From Ruditapes philippinarum (taxonomy: Eukaryota): DNA of 64,000 bases. The stretch spans positions 62,001 to 126,000 of the forward strand of contig NW_026860451.1 of the NCBI RefSeq assembly GCF_026571515.1, in the 5' to 3' direction. Position numbers and translations under genes: made by a program. The notes beneath the pieces were generated by a model. The model was not told the origin of the DNA. It searched no databases and saw only the letters and a program-made list of their open reading frames with translations. Shown here piece after piece: positions 51,701 to 64,000 of this stretch. Position 1 is the first letter of the stretch; each line of letters opens with the position of its first letter.

Positions 51701-53870
51701 ATTCAAGTTGTGAAAGAAATACCTTTGTGTGTGTTATATTGATTTATATCATATTAGTTACCAGATATATATCACTAAAATCCTAAACCTATTGGGTTTT
51801 CATTTCAAGAAAACAACAAAGGAAGCATCCTCGGTAACCCAGGCTATATTAACCGTATATCAGTATTACATGTATAGTATACCGTGGGTTCCGACGAGTA
51901 ATTGGAAGCACAGGACTGGGTGAACGTCTGACACTTGCATGCTTTCTAACATGTTTTACTTCTGGTTTGTTAAATAATTGTTTTACAGGCACATTGTGTG
52001 CCCATCTAGAGAAACTTGAAAGAATGTAACCTTTTCAATATTGTCGAAGTGGGAGTGATTTTTCCAGGTATTTATCATACAGTCTGATATAAATAATTTG
52101 GCATTTCAGTTAGAATAGATTTGATAATTTGACTTTGTTTAGATAAAATTTATAAATATTTCAGTCTGAATTATATTTATTATATTTGTTTAAATTATCT
52201 TTAACATTTAAATTAATAAATGTATAGATTTTGTTATATTTCATGCATAAAGTGAGGCTATAAATCGCAAAACACATTTCACCGTAAGAGACTTAGTTAC
52301 GTTTTTCACAATTTTTATCGAATTGTGTGTCACAAAGATTCGTGAATGAATCTCTATCTGGTTGATAAGAAAAAATTCTATCAGTTGAAACGTATGAAAT
52401 TGCGCTTCAAGATTTGCGTGCATTTTTGGGGTATATATAATAAATAAAAATATCCACTGCAGTGAAACATATTTTTCGTATTTTCATTGGTGCCTGACTA
52501 CTTTCTTTGTTTTTAAGCCAATTAATTTAAAGGGGAAGTCTTTGGAACTATACGTCAAAGAAGAGAAAAAAGTATATAAAAAAGAAAATGCATTTTTTTC
52601 TATAAATCGGGATTTATTTTCATCTCGTGGTATGAAAATTCTTATATTTCACGCCTGGCTACTGCCACTGGATGAAAATAAATCACATATTTAAAGAAAA
52701 AATGAATATTTATTTTAGTGGGAAATTGCATTATATATTCGCGTTATTTTGACGTCATTTTCGACGTCATTCAATACAAACGTTTGTTTTTATTTGCGTC
52801 CTAGCAACCAGATGTACCGTTAACATCCGAGTGAAGAGACTTTTAAGATGGAAGCGGAAGAGTTTATTTCGTCATTTTCTTACCATTAAACATACAGAAG
52901 TCGTCGTATTTGGAGTCCCATGGAAGACGCACAAAATCCATACATATATCAACAGATATGTGTCGACCAAGGGATTTGTAAGTCGATAACTTTTATTCCA
53001 TTTTTTACTGTTTCATTTCATGTAGTTTCTTTATTTTCTAGATCATCGAAAAGAGGTCTATGTGAATGAATATTTTACATTTTAATTTTAGATAGTGTTA
53101 ATTGGCCGCATTAAGGGCTTAAAGGCCAATTTAGCCCAACATCAATTTATTTTTGTTTCCTTAATCCTTTTAATTTTTGCTGTCCCGTTACAGTTTTCAA
53201 GGGCTCTACTGGTTTCCTAGCAGTTTCCGGCTACAAATCGCACATTTTAACAAATAAAATAAAAATCAGTCTACGGAGGGGTACAAATTTTGACAGGACA
53301 AAGTTAGGTACCTGTCCAGCATTGCCATATGTTTAATGTTGCACTTTCATTTTACTTTTTAATTTGAATATAGGCCTGAAATGTAATACCTTTTTCACCT
53401 TTATTCAAATATTCAAAGCAGTTTTCCGGACCCTTTTATTTTGAAAATAATTCAGCACCATAAAGCAATGTTAAGATGGTTTTAACAAACAAACAGAACT
53501 TCACAACCTTTTCCGTGTCGTCTGAAAAAATATTTTCCGAAGTATTGATTTACCTAAAATGGGGTCTTAGTTATTGTGCATGGATATTCAAGCTACAATT
53601 CCCCAGGTGTTGCTTATATGAAAAGTCGCAAGTTCTCTTATGTAACTTTAAATAACAGGCAAAACTTCAAAACATATAAATCGTTGTACTATTTTAAATG
53701 CTGTTTAGCATAGAAAACAAATGTCTCTCTGATTGATGAATTAATGTGGACGCCTTACTGGTAAAAATAGACTGTACTGGACGAAAATGATAAACGGCCG
53801 GAAAACTGCTAGGGGACGGAAACTGCTAGGAAACCAGTACTGTATAGCTGAGCCATTTTTTAGCATTTAG

Positions 53871-54423
53871 CAAATATATACGGAATATTATGTTGTAGTA
53901 GCTTTCTGAGGCTCTGTATTTTGCTACGAGCAGCGGTGGAAAAATAAAATATACCTATAAATTTTCTCCCTAAAATACACGCAAATATTGAAGCGCAAAT
54001 ACGCTTCAACGGATAGAAATTTCCGTATTATGTTAGTGACAAATACGGTACCATATATGGAAGTGTCGGACTATTTTTGACGTTGGTTCCGATCTTAGCT
54101 TTGTATAACGTTGCATTTGGAAACGGGAACCAAAATTATTAAAGGCGTGGCCAGTTTTCAAGAATTACGTATTCATCCGTCAGTCATAAATTTATTTCTT
54201 GACAACTACATTTCATTTTCTGAATAAAACGAAATGGTATATAATAAAAGGAAAATTATGTTGTAGTAGCTTTCTGAGACTATGTATTTTTCTATTCGCA
54301 ACGTTGGAAAATTGATATCTTGCTCGACCTACGGTCTCGCGAGATATCAATTTTCCATCGCTGCTCGTAGCAAAATACAGAGCCTCAGAAAGCTACTACA
54401 ACATAATATTCCGTATATATTTG
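53871..54423. mobile_element. MITE-like element with ~70-bp near-perfect inverted ends and an internal third copy of the arm (54250-54310)
   Basis: CAAATATATACGGAATATTATGTTGTAGTAGCTTTCTGAGGCTCTG... and its reverse complement at 54350-54423. Confidence 0.75.
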
Positions 54424-55284
54424 TATGGGTTTTGCATATTTCACCATCCATTTAATTTTCTTTAATTTTTTTTTAAAGTGCCACGCCAAAATTTTGTCCT
54501 AACTTAAATCACTCTGATGTTATATAAATCTAGATTTCTTTAACATACCAAAACTATAAGATAAAAAGTTTTTGAATTTTAAAAAACCTGTTTTGGGCTC
54601 TGTTACTTACATTATTGACCGAAAGCAATATGTACATTTTAAAATAAAAAAAATATTTTCAGCAACTAAATGTCAATGCTTTTAAGAAATATTTCCATCT
54701 TAAATATAGGAATATGTGCAAAATTACATATCATTTGCTCACTTCTTTTATCCAGAATAATTATTCTTGTGAAAAATGACTCAAAATTGAAAAAAAGTTG
54801 TAACTCATATCCGCCCAAAATAGAACAAAAACAAACAAAACAAATTTCAACATATTAGATTAAATGAGTATGTTTCTTAATTATATTTTGCATATAAGTA
54901 AATAAGCTGTTATACCACTTAATCTACCGTGTTTGATTTGTATTCTTAAGTTAATGTAATATATTTAATATATGTATTCTTAAGTTAATGTATATATTTA
55001 ATATATGTATTTATTACATGCTTTTCGGTGGTTTATAGAAATATATCAGTGATATAAAACTGGTAATTTCACTGTTTGAAACAGTGAAATTACCACTTTG
55101 ATAATTTCACTGTTTTGAATTTAAGCCCCTTACGTTGTTTCAGTTAAATACCAGCGTGCACAGTACTGGGTACCAACTTCATGGCGTGACGTCGTAAATG
55201 ACGTCACGTTGTATTATTATTTGGCGCGCTTTTCATTAAGTATTAGGTTTAATGTCTTTTTAAAACGTTTCTTTGCATATAATA

Positions 55285-55452
55285 AAAAGAAAATTTGTTT
55301 AGTTTAGTTTAAGATCGATATATATTTCACCTTGTGAACACCAAAAGTTCATATTTCACTCGTGGCTGCGCCACTCGTGAAATATACCTTTTGGTGCTCA
55401 CTCGGTGAAATATATTCCGATCTTACACTGAACTAAACAAATATCCTCTATA
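55285..55452. repeat. Long imperfect palindrome centred on CACTCGTGGCTGCGCCACTCGTG; related remnants at ~28770-28935, 36430-36560, 52600-52710 and 58250-58400
   Basis: Arms TTTGTTTAGTT..AGATCG..ATATTTCAC / GTGAAATAT..CGATCT..AACTAAACAAA. Confidence 0.65.
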
Positions 55453-55762
55453 TATCCGGAAAAATATATGTTCAAACCAAGAAACTCAAATAATCTTTGT
55501 ATGAATATTAAAGGCTTTTTTGGCTCATACATAATCATATTTTACATTTAGCAACATTTATTATGCATTTTCTTTTCAACGTACACATAGTAATGCTCCG
55601 CATTGCAAGTTTAGAAATACCAACCTCGATACTTGGCGCCAAAAGAAACCCGGCACTGCCGACAATTACTTGTAGGTTTTCCTACGCTATTCCTTGCTTT
55701 GCCCAGTCTGGTTTATAAATTAATCAAAATTGCACTCTATAATAAATTTTTATTTTACAGAC

Positions 55763-56584
55763 ATGCCGATCACTGAAAACACGGTAGAAAAGCCACCGGA
55801 GAAGAAGAAGAGAAAAAGAAGAAGGTCTCAAAAACAATGGGAAAGGTGGATGAAATACCGTGAAAAGAAATACCTGGAACGTGTTCTAAACAAGGGCTGT
55901 TTCACTGAACAAGATTACAAAAAACACCTAGATGAAAAAAATCAAATATCTGTTGATCCTCCGATGGTTTGGGTTCCTGTAGAAGAAACAGACGTAACAA
56001 ATTGTCATGACGTCATCTATTACCCAGTGTATTACCCATATCCTGTATATTATCCTACAGACGCGGCCATTCAATGGCAACATCAAAATATTTCAGCTAT
56101 TGAGTATAGCGAGTGTTTACAGTACTCGGATCAGATGTATTACGAACCAGGATTGACGTCTGGTAATTCTAGCGAAGATTACGAGCAGGTTCAACAGGTA
56201 CTTTCACTGGAGCAATCATTTGGAAATACGTGTACCGCTAGTGAAAGCGATGTTAAGCTCGAGCAAGTTGCCAACAAAGTGGATACGCCATCAGAAACAG
56301 ATATTGATACAACATCCGACTTGTCCGCTGACGAGAAAGCCCCTGTGTTTCTTCCAAGTCCTTCAAGTCTTTTCGCGCCACATTTACCCGCCACAACACG
56401 TGACCAGGAGGATTTCTGTAACATGAAAGACATGGAGGAAAGCCTTGAGCGACTGTTATGTACGGAGTCTGAGGTAGTAGGTGAGGAGTCTGAGGTAGTA
56501 GAAGACGTTTCCGACGATGATGACGAGGCCGACGGAATTTTGTCATTGTACGCTTCAAGTGGTATTCATGTCAAGTTTAAGTAG
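55763..56584 (+). CDS. Uncharacterised 273-aa protein: basic NLS-like N-terminus, Tyr/Pro-rich segment, acidic C-terminus
   Basis: Acceptor ttttattttacag 2 nt before the ATG at 55763; KKKRKRRR; YYPVYYPYPVYYP; GTAAGT immediately after the TAG. Confidence 0.72.
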   Translation: MPITENTVEKPPEKKKRKRRRSQKQWERWMKYREKKYLERVLNKGCFTEQDYKKHLDEKNQISVDPPMVWVPVEETDVTNCHDVIYYPVYYPYPVYYPTDAAIQWQHQNISAIEYSECLQYSDQMYYEPGLTSGNSSEDYEQVQQVLSLEQSFGNTCTASESDVKLEQVANKVDTPSETDIDTTSDLSADEKAPVFLPSPSSLFAPHLPATTRDQEDFCNMKDMEESLERLLCTESEVVGEESEVVEDVSDDDDEADGILSLYASSGIHVKFK

Positions 56585-57413
56585 GTAAGTTACTTAAGTC
56601 TAAATACAATGTAGATAAAAAAATCAATCGACAAGTGCATAAATTTAACATGTAGGCATACCACGAATGAAAATTTTTGCACATATTGCATGTACCTGTG
56701 CTTTTGAGCAGACGATATTTTAACGTATTGCCAGACTGCACGGATATGTATATGTACTGGTGACATAGGCATGTACTGGTGACATAGGCAGAGATTTTAT
56801 AATTATATTTTAGTGCAATCAATGATGATGAAAAGTATACAAGAAGAAATAAAATTTGCAGGATTAAAAACAGATTATTTAGGAAATAGATCTTGAGTTT
56901 GAGTTTTATAGTTAAAGCCTGAGTCATTAATTACTAAAATCTGAACGACATACCGTGCTATATGTATAACACCGAGCACACAAGATCTATTTCCATTCTG
57001 ACATGTCAAGAAAAAAAATAAAGGTGTACTTTATTTTTGGTGGTTAAATTTCTTTTCGCCTCAATATTTCTGGTAGCAACGTTCTTCAAAGGTTTTTCTA
57101 GTCGGTTGAAAAAAAAAAAACTCTAACTAATCCTAAATATTCTTTATTTTTGTTATTATCCAATGAATATTTTACATTATCATTATATCTTACATGAATA
57201 TGAATAATTTTTTAACCTTGACAAGGTATGCTTTCTTAAACTTATTAAACAAAAAAGGTAACATTTCCTTTTTTGCAGGCGACATGCAAAAAGAAGAGGA
57301 CGTATCAGAAATTTGGCTTGAATGTATGAAATGACAAAATAAAAAAAAATCTGCCTTGGAAACTATAGATGTGGCTTAACTTATTGATAAAATTTCTTTC
57401 ATGAAGATTATTT

Positions 57414-57652
57414 GAGCCGCGTCATGACAAAACCAACATAATGGGTTTGTAAGCGACCAGCATGGATCCAGACCAGCCTGCGCGTCCGCGCAGTCTAATC
57501 AGGATCCATACTGTTCGCTTACAAACCCTATCACAAGTAGAGAAACTGACAGCGAACAGCATGGATCCTGATCAGACTGCGCGGATGCGCAGGCTGGTCT
57601 GGATCCATGCTGGTCGCAAACCCATTATGTTGGTTTTGTCGTGACGCGGCTC
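57414..57652. mobile_element. Palindromic GAG-ended MITE, longer copy of the 30906 element
   Basis: Same TIRs; flanks ATTT/AATT. Confidence 0.85.
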
Positions 57653-60600
57653 AATTTTGACTGTGAATCTCCGGAAATGAGAGGTTTTGTTTCAAAAAGA
57701 TTTAATCTTTGCCAGAGATGGAAACGCACCATTTCTTGGATACTGGTTGTGTCAAGAAAAAATGGCCTTGCTACCTCGATAGCCTATATGCGTCTTTCTC
57801 CTAATCAAGAGCTGTCAGGGGAGGCAGCACACTCGGTGTGTTGAATATTGAGCAAATCTTTGAGAGAAAAAAAATACCAAAGAAATCATATTTCTGTATT
57901 AATTATAAATATCAAGAACACACTCTTGAAAATGTCCAATCATACCCAATAACTCCAATATCGTACAATGATAGTTGGGCTTCTTCACTTGGGCATTGCA
58001 CTATCCATCTATGAAGCTGTATTTTCCAATTACGCTTAGGACAAGAAGAGTTACATTCAAGTATACCAGAATGCAAACTAAAGAACTTCTTCGAGGAAGC
58101 AGTTTTTTGTATGTTCCGTGCATATATTTTGAAGTGACGTCATTAGCGTTATACAGACGCGCTAAATGTTAGCGTTATACTATAGGCGCGTCAATGAAAA
58201 ATGACTCTTCTCACTTTAAGAGGACTTTATTTTGGGTATGTGATAAATAGAATTAAATTCGTGTAAGATCATTACTGAATTTATTGAACTCGTTGAATAA
58301 AATAATATTTTGCTCGCCAGAGCCCCGCATAATATAATTTTATTAAACTCGTGCAATAAATTCAGTATTGAACTTACACACATTCAATATCCTCTATTTA
58401 TTCTTTGAGAAATACTTGCAAAACAAATGTTTTTATAGTCCTATGTGGACACTAACATACCGTTTATCAAAGTAAATAAATAACTTTATCAATGATCCAT
58501 GAATACTTTGTGGTCACAGTGTAACTCACACATCATAACAAAATAAAGACAAACGTGTTCCTTTAATAATTACATTTTTTATTGTCTAAAGTTATGTAAG
58601 GGTAGTACATTTTAAATAGCAAAAATATTGAACATGATAATCATGTAATAAAAAGAAAATGTATAACATATAGAGGTAACATAAAGGCACTAACATAAAA
58701 TGTCTACAGATATATATAAATAACTATCACAACTCAATCACACCATTTCCATGACAACAGCACAATTATTTCAGCTTTTAAACAATAAGCCTATCAACAG
58801 TACCAATGTTTCGGGTTTATACAACAACCCTTTACCTTCTGAATTTCTTAAGGTAGTCTTACTACAATGCTTTCCCGCCCAAAAAAATAAAAATTCAGCC
58901 AATTTCGTAATAAATCATTTCCGGAAACGTTATTTTTCACAATCTCCTGTATTCAATTATTTTTGACCGTTTATAACAAGACTTTGGTACATAACAATAA
59001 AGGAGGAGTGCATGATTGTAAAAGATTTTGAAGAAAATAACGTTCCGAAAATAACCAATTTGCTACGATATTGGCCGATGTTAGAATTTAAATGGACTTG
59101 AAAACATTCATTTTTTTGGAACTGTCAAGTAACTATGTTGGGGCAATGAATACAAAAATTTAAAGTTATCCGACAGTTTAGAGACTGGTGATATCAGACA
59201 TCCGGTTCTAGTTTGGCAAGGGGTTCAACCAATCAACAGCCAATGTCAAAGATACTTTAGACCTGTCAGATTTCCAGATGAACATAGTAAAAATCCATTT
59301 TGAAACAATGAAATTTTGTGTCTTTAGAACTTAAATATACTCAATATAATTCACTGTATAATCCACCTAGATCTTATCATCTTGCCTTATACATTTAACA
59401 GATAATTAGATTTTTTTTTTTTTTTTTTGGTAATTGATTACTTTGATTGAAATTTTTTTCTATAAGGTCCCCAAACACTTGGTTTCAGCTGTGAAAAGCA
59501 TTCATTCAAACTTCACACTGAAGGAACATAAACTTAAATCCTACCTTCAATTTATCATGCTAAATTTATATAATGAACTCATCCTGCATTGAATTTGAAA
59601 CAGTCCATTCACAATTTTGGGGATAGTTAGATGAGCCAGCCAACAGTATAAAGCCTGGCAATACGGCTAGGAAGTCCAGGCTGGCCTGGCTCTATACTGA
59701 GTGCAGTCATATCATTTTCACTTCCATAAAACAAGACAAAGCATGGGCATCATTTACTGGTAATTAATCAAAAAGCCAAATCCTTAAGCCACTCCATACA
59801 AAACTTATTATTAATTTCAAAAAAGCAAAAATTAATTCAAATCACTTCAATAAAAAAAAATCAAATCATGAAAACTTAATTCCCCCTGAAAAACATTTCT
59901 AATTATTACTGAGTTTTGGCATATTGATGAAGAGTGATCTGATTGGTTAATTATAAATACAAGTATCCTGTAGTTGGAAATAGTGGATCTTGCTAGTCCA
60001 TAGGCAAAGTCATTTTTAATTATACTAGTCATGCAATAGGGATTTTCTTTCCAATGCAGTGTACATTGTATCTGTCAATGTTATACTAACAGTTTATGTA
60101 GCATAGGCATAGTTTAACTGACAATCTCCCTTAGATGTGACATTCTTTCAATTAATGTTTCACCCACAACTTTAAAGCCCTTGTAAAAGTATATAAAATC
60201 TTCTCACCCTCTTGAGATACCAAATCAAATCAATCTAACAATCGTCTAAGTGACCTTGACCCCCATTTACCTTATGGTCAATGTTAAAGTATGTTTTATA
60301 CCAAACATCTGAGTAGTGGTTAACAAAAGAAGGCAATACATGAGAAATGCAAGGTATGACTTAAGAACAAACAAAACTACAATTGTATAATTATGCTCCC
60401 ATAAAAAAAATACATTATATATTTTCAGAGGCTTAAAAAAGTTACACACTATAAAAATTAAAGCTTATTATTTTCAAAAAGGAAACAAAAACACATTCAA
60501 CAACCTTTCATATCTTGTAAATAATCTACAAAAAAAATGTTAATAAATTACTGTAACAGTGACTAGCTACTGGTTTGACGTAAGAAATTGATTTCACAAC

Positions 60601-61056
60601 ACTGGCACTAAACTATATACTCAAAATGAATAATATCATAAAATGTTACAACCACAGACAATGCAAACGAATAACAAACACATAAATCACTTTAGTTATG
60701 ATGAACTTATCACTTGAATTTCATCTTATTAGTGCAAAACTGTAGTAACATAACGCATAAAAGAATAAGAGATGAACTTATTACTTGAATTTAATCCTCT
60801 AAGTGCAAAACTGAAATAACATGATGCACACAAAATAGGAAGTCTATTACCCTGAAGCACTGCACTGAATTTGTGTAATGTACATTATTTTGGTTTGAAT
60901 TTGGAGCTATCCAATATTTCAGATAGGGATTTTGACATCAAAATGCCATGATTAAGCTGCAAACAGTGTACAGCCTAGACAAACTGCATTGATGTGCAGA
61001 CTGGCTGGACAAGGTTCTAAACTGTTGACATATTTCTGCTCACAAATCTCAGTATA

Positions 61057-61512
61057 CAGTTATTTAATATGTGATTTGGGAACAGTCAAACTATTGGCCC
61101 AAGGTGGAGGGGGTAGTGTTTTGAACTGTTGCCCAAGGCCGTAGGCAACAGTTCAAAACACTATCCCCGACACCGAGGGACAACTGTTTGACTGTTCCCA
61201 AATCACGTATGAAATAACTGTTTTATTACCTGATCAACTACTGTTTTAATAGTACTTACAGAAGAAAAAAGGAACAAGAAAATAGTTCAAGTGCACATAT
61301 GTTAATACTTAAACTTAATATTTTGTCACGTCTGGTTCATGATCAAGATCGATGGACGCTTCAAGTGGGAATCCTTTATGATGTCAGAGCACGCGAGGGA
61401 AACAGTAGAAACTATTGACCGGTCAACAGTTCGCGAACGTGGACGTTTTTAGAATTTCAGAAAACAGTAAATAATAACAAATTACATTTATATAAGGTAT
61501 CAGGTAATAATA
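61057..61512. mobile_element. Non-autonomous element: 164-bp palindrome (61057-61220) plus a TTATTACCTGAT/ATCAGGTAATAA inverted pair
   Basis: GTGATTTGGGAACAGTCAAAC..TAGTGTTTTGAACTGTTGCC / GGCAACAGTTCAAAACACTA..GTTTGACTGTTCCCAAATCAC. Confidence 0.6.
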
Positions 61513-63307
61513 TAATTTAAAGACTGAACAGTTTTGCACTTTAGAAACTTACAGTTACCAATAGTAACTAAATGCTGGTCTTCAGGCATATACAATTATA
61601 ACAATAACTGAAAAATACAGAACCCTCTACAGAACAAATTGAGAGTACATGTAATGTATACAAGCTATAATAAAATCAAATTTAACAAAAAAGCCTTATC
61701 AAAATTTCATGCGTATAGCCAAGAAATCTGAAAATTTTAAAGGACAAAGTTCAATGAAGTCTGTCCCTTTAAAAATCTATAGAAGTAGTTTTTTTTTAAC
61801 TTTTATTTGTCTTAATGAGAGAGAAAACAGAAGACAAATTGACACCACATGTATTTCTATCCTAATATACAATAATATCAAATTTTGAAAATACCTAGTC
61901 TACAATATCATGATTATTATCAGTTTATTGGTTTGTTATAAGTAAAGTTATTTAAGTATACTAAAACATCATTCGTTTTTTTTTTTTAATGTAAGCAAAA
62001 TTCAATAAAACATGTTTCGACCAGATTTTAACAAATTTGCTTCAAGCAAAAACACCAAGAAATATAAAATAAAACTAACAAAAAACATGTTCAATCCATA
62101 TTTAAATGCAAAAAAAAAATTTTTTAAAAATTAATAAAACATATTCTATCCATATTTTTAACTATTTACTATATGCAAAAAAAAAATCAATAAAATATGT
62201 TCTGCCCATATTGGCTGTATGCAAAAGTTTTATAAAACATGTTACATCTAGATTTATACACATTTTTGATTCAACAATGTTTTAATGTCTTTAACTATGA
62301 AAGTTTCTGTCATTAAATGCAACAAAGTAAAACTTGGTTTTCTCCCTATGAAATACTATGTACATAAAAAAACTACTGTAACAATGTAAAGGTAATTTAC
62401 CACGATGATGTTTTGTAGTGTAGTGTCAACTTTTTCAAATTTTATCTCATTTTTTGCAAAACCCTTAAAATGTTGGGGTTTTTTTCCCCCCAGATAATAA
62501 ATGTTTTGTAGGATAGGGAGCAAAGACACCTTGTATGACACTACAAATTTCTTAACAAATATAAACATAGAATGAATGCACCCAAACATATTAATAAATA
62601 CATCACCAACAAAAATATTGCACTTTTTCAAGTTCATAAATGCTACTTACACATATAAGATGTATAATAATTATACAATTAAAAAAATATTTAAAAAAAA
62701 TCAATAACAAAACTATGAGTGTACATAATATTAGATACAAGTACATTAAGATTACTATCATTATTTACATGAACTAAGGCACTGAAAATGTTGAACCGAA
62801 CAAAGATGTATAAATCCGTAGGATTATAAACTGTTTAAAACTCTATTGTCAAAATACATGAGTGTCATTAGAGTTTTTAACATAAAGGAATACAAAACTT
62901 TCTTCTCCTACAAAAAATGAATGATTTGGCTTATAATAAACAAATCTTCTATATGTTGTTTCACACTAAAATCACATCTTAAATATCTCAAATTGTAAAA
63001 CAGACTTCAAGGTCCCACACTGTTTGTTCTATTCACATTAAAGGGACTATTGAATTAATTATTCACTTTAAGGAAATGTTTGTTTACCATTGACTTTGTC
63101 ATACAGCATTATGGAGAAAGATTGGGCAAGTGGTTTAAATTGGGCTTGAGAGGTTGGGAGTGTAATCAGCTTGAAGCTCCAGGTCTGAGTTCGAAATCAT
63201 ACCCTATATATGAACATTAAATGATATTTATGAGCAACTAGTTTCAAATGAAAGTATATGTTCAGAAAAACTCTTCCGAATTAACAGGTCATTGACACAT
63301 CATGTTT

Positions 63308-64000
63308 CTATTTCTTTTCAGTTTTCTTTCTTCCATGACAGCAGTCACGGAAATGGTCCGTATGTTTGGAAGTATCAGAATTCACCGAGCTGATACTGCC
63401 CCTTTTAGTGCCATGTTTGACCTTGATCTTATCCTCTTTTGATGCAGACAAATCCTGTTTGCTCACTTTTCTACCACTCACTGACACAGATGAATCTGTT
63501 GATGATCTAGGTCCCTTAGAAGCATGACTAGTCATACTTGTTTTCTCAATTTTCCTTTGTTTTTCAGTTGGACTTAGTTGGGACGATGAACCCTTCACTT
63601 GCTTACTTACAGCTGACTTCACAACTGATGGTGTTGATTTCTCTTTCTTTAATTTTTCATCTTTAGTATTCGATACTGGAGAGGTCTTTGTTTTTATCAC
63701 TGACTGTTCTTTAACTTTAAGTGCTGAAGATTTCCTTAAACCTTGCACAGGAGACACTGTAGGAAGTCCACCTGAAGTCTGACCTAATTGTCTTTTGCTT
63801 GAAGACGATTTATTTACAGGGGGTGTCACTGATCTCACTTTTCTTAAGATTTCTTTACACTCCTCTTCTGCAACAGGTTTAATCTCATGTGATGTAACAA
63901 GAATTGTAGGACTTGATTCAGTCTGATGTATCTTTGATGGTTTGGACCCTGATGAAGGATCGGCTTCTGATGCAGAGTTTGGTCTGTATGCTTTTCTACT
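63308..64000 (-). CDS. 3' coding exon of an unidentified Ser/Lys/Thr-rich, probably disordered protein (5' part outside the window)
   Basis: The frame is open from 64000 to the TAG at 63308 (~230 aa), followed by long AT-rich UTR-like sequence. Confidence 0.7.
   Translation of the reverse strand, partial: SRKAYRPNSASEADPSSGSKPSKIHQTESSPTILVTSHEIKPVAEEECKEILRKVRSVTPPVNKSSSSKRQLGQTSGGLPTVSPVQGLRKSSALKVKEQSVIKTKTSPVSNTKDEKLKKEKSTPSVVKSAVSKQVKGSSSQLSPTEKQRKIEKTSMTSHASKGPRSSTDSSVSVSGRKVSKQDLSASKEDKIKVKHGTKRGSISSVNSDTSKHTDHFRDCCHGRKKTEKK

Larger units (their letters stand above)
44880..52280. repeat. Diverged ~1.3-kb tandem duplication, 3 near-full units plus 1 partial
   Basis: Anchor GGCACAT(T/C)GTGTGCCCATCTAGA at 44917, 46209, 49488 and 51988. 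The period is ~1292 bp once the 47-kb insertion is removed. Confidence 0.9.

Overview
AT-rich eukaryotic DNA, most likely from a bivalve mollusc. This is inferred from tandem C1q-domain genes, mollusc-type opine dehydrogenases and the repeat content. On the + strand, in order, are: two 3-exon secreted coiled-coil/C1q genes, the second with a decayed Tc1/mariner transposon in intron 2; an intronless acyl-CoA synthetase/adenylating enzyme whose 3' third runs into error-rich sequence before a 145-N gap; and two single-coding-exon 410-aa opine (octopine/tauropine-family) dehydrogenases. Each dehydrogenase is followed by an orphan single-exon ORF. The two orphans share exon boundaries and a C-terminal acidic-GILxx[FY]xxSG[LI]H motif. 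The window ends in the 3' exon of a Ser/Lys-rich minus-strand gene. Intergenic DNA is dense with repeats: a ~42-bp satellite, foldback elements with TAYGG...CCRTA ends and 6-bp target duplications (IS3EU-like), a MULE-like foldback with a 9-bp TSD, GAG-ended palindromic MITEs, tRNA-derived SINEs, a 4.1-kb element with diverged terminal inverted arms, and a ~1.3-kb tandem unit carrying conserved hairpins. All calls are by eye; no searches were run.
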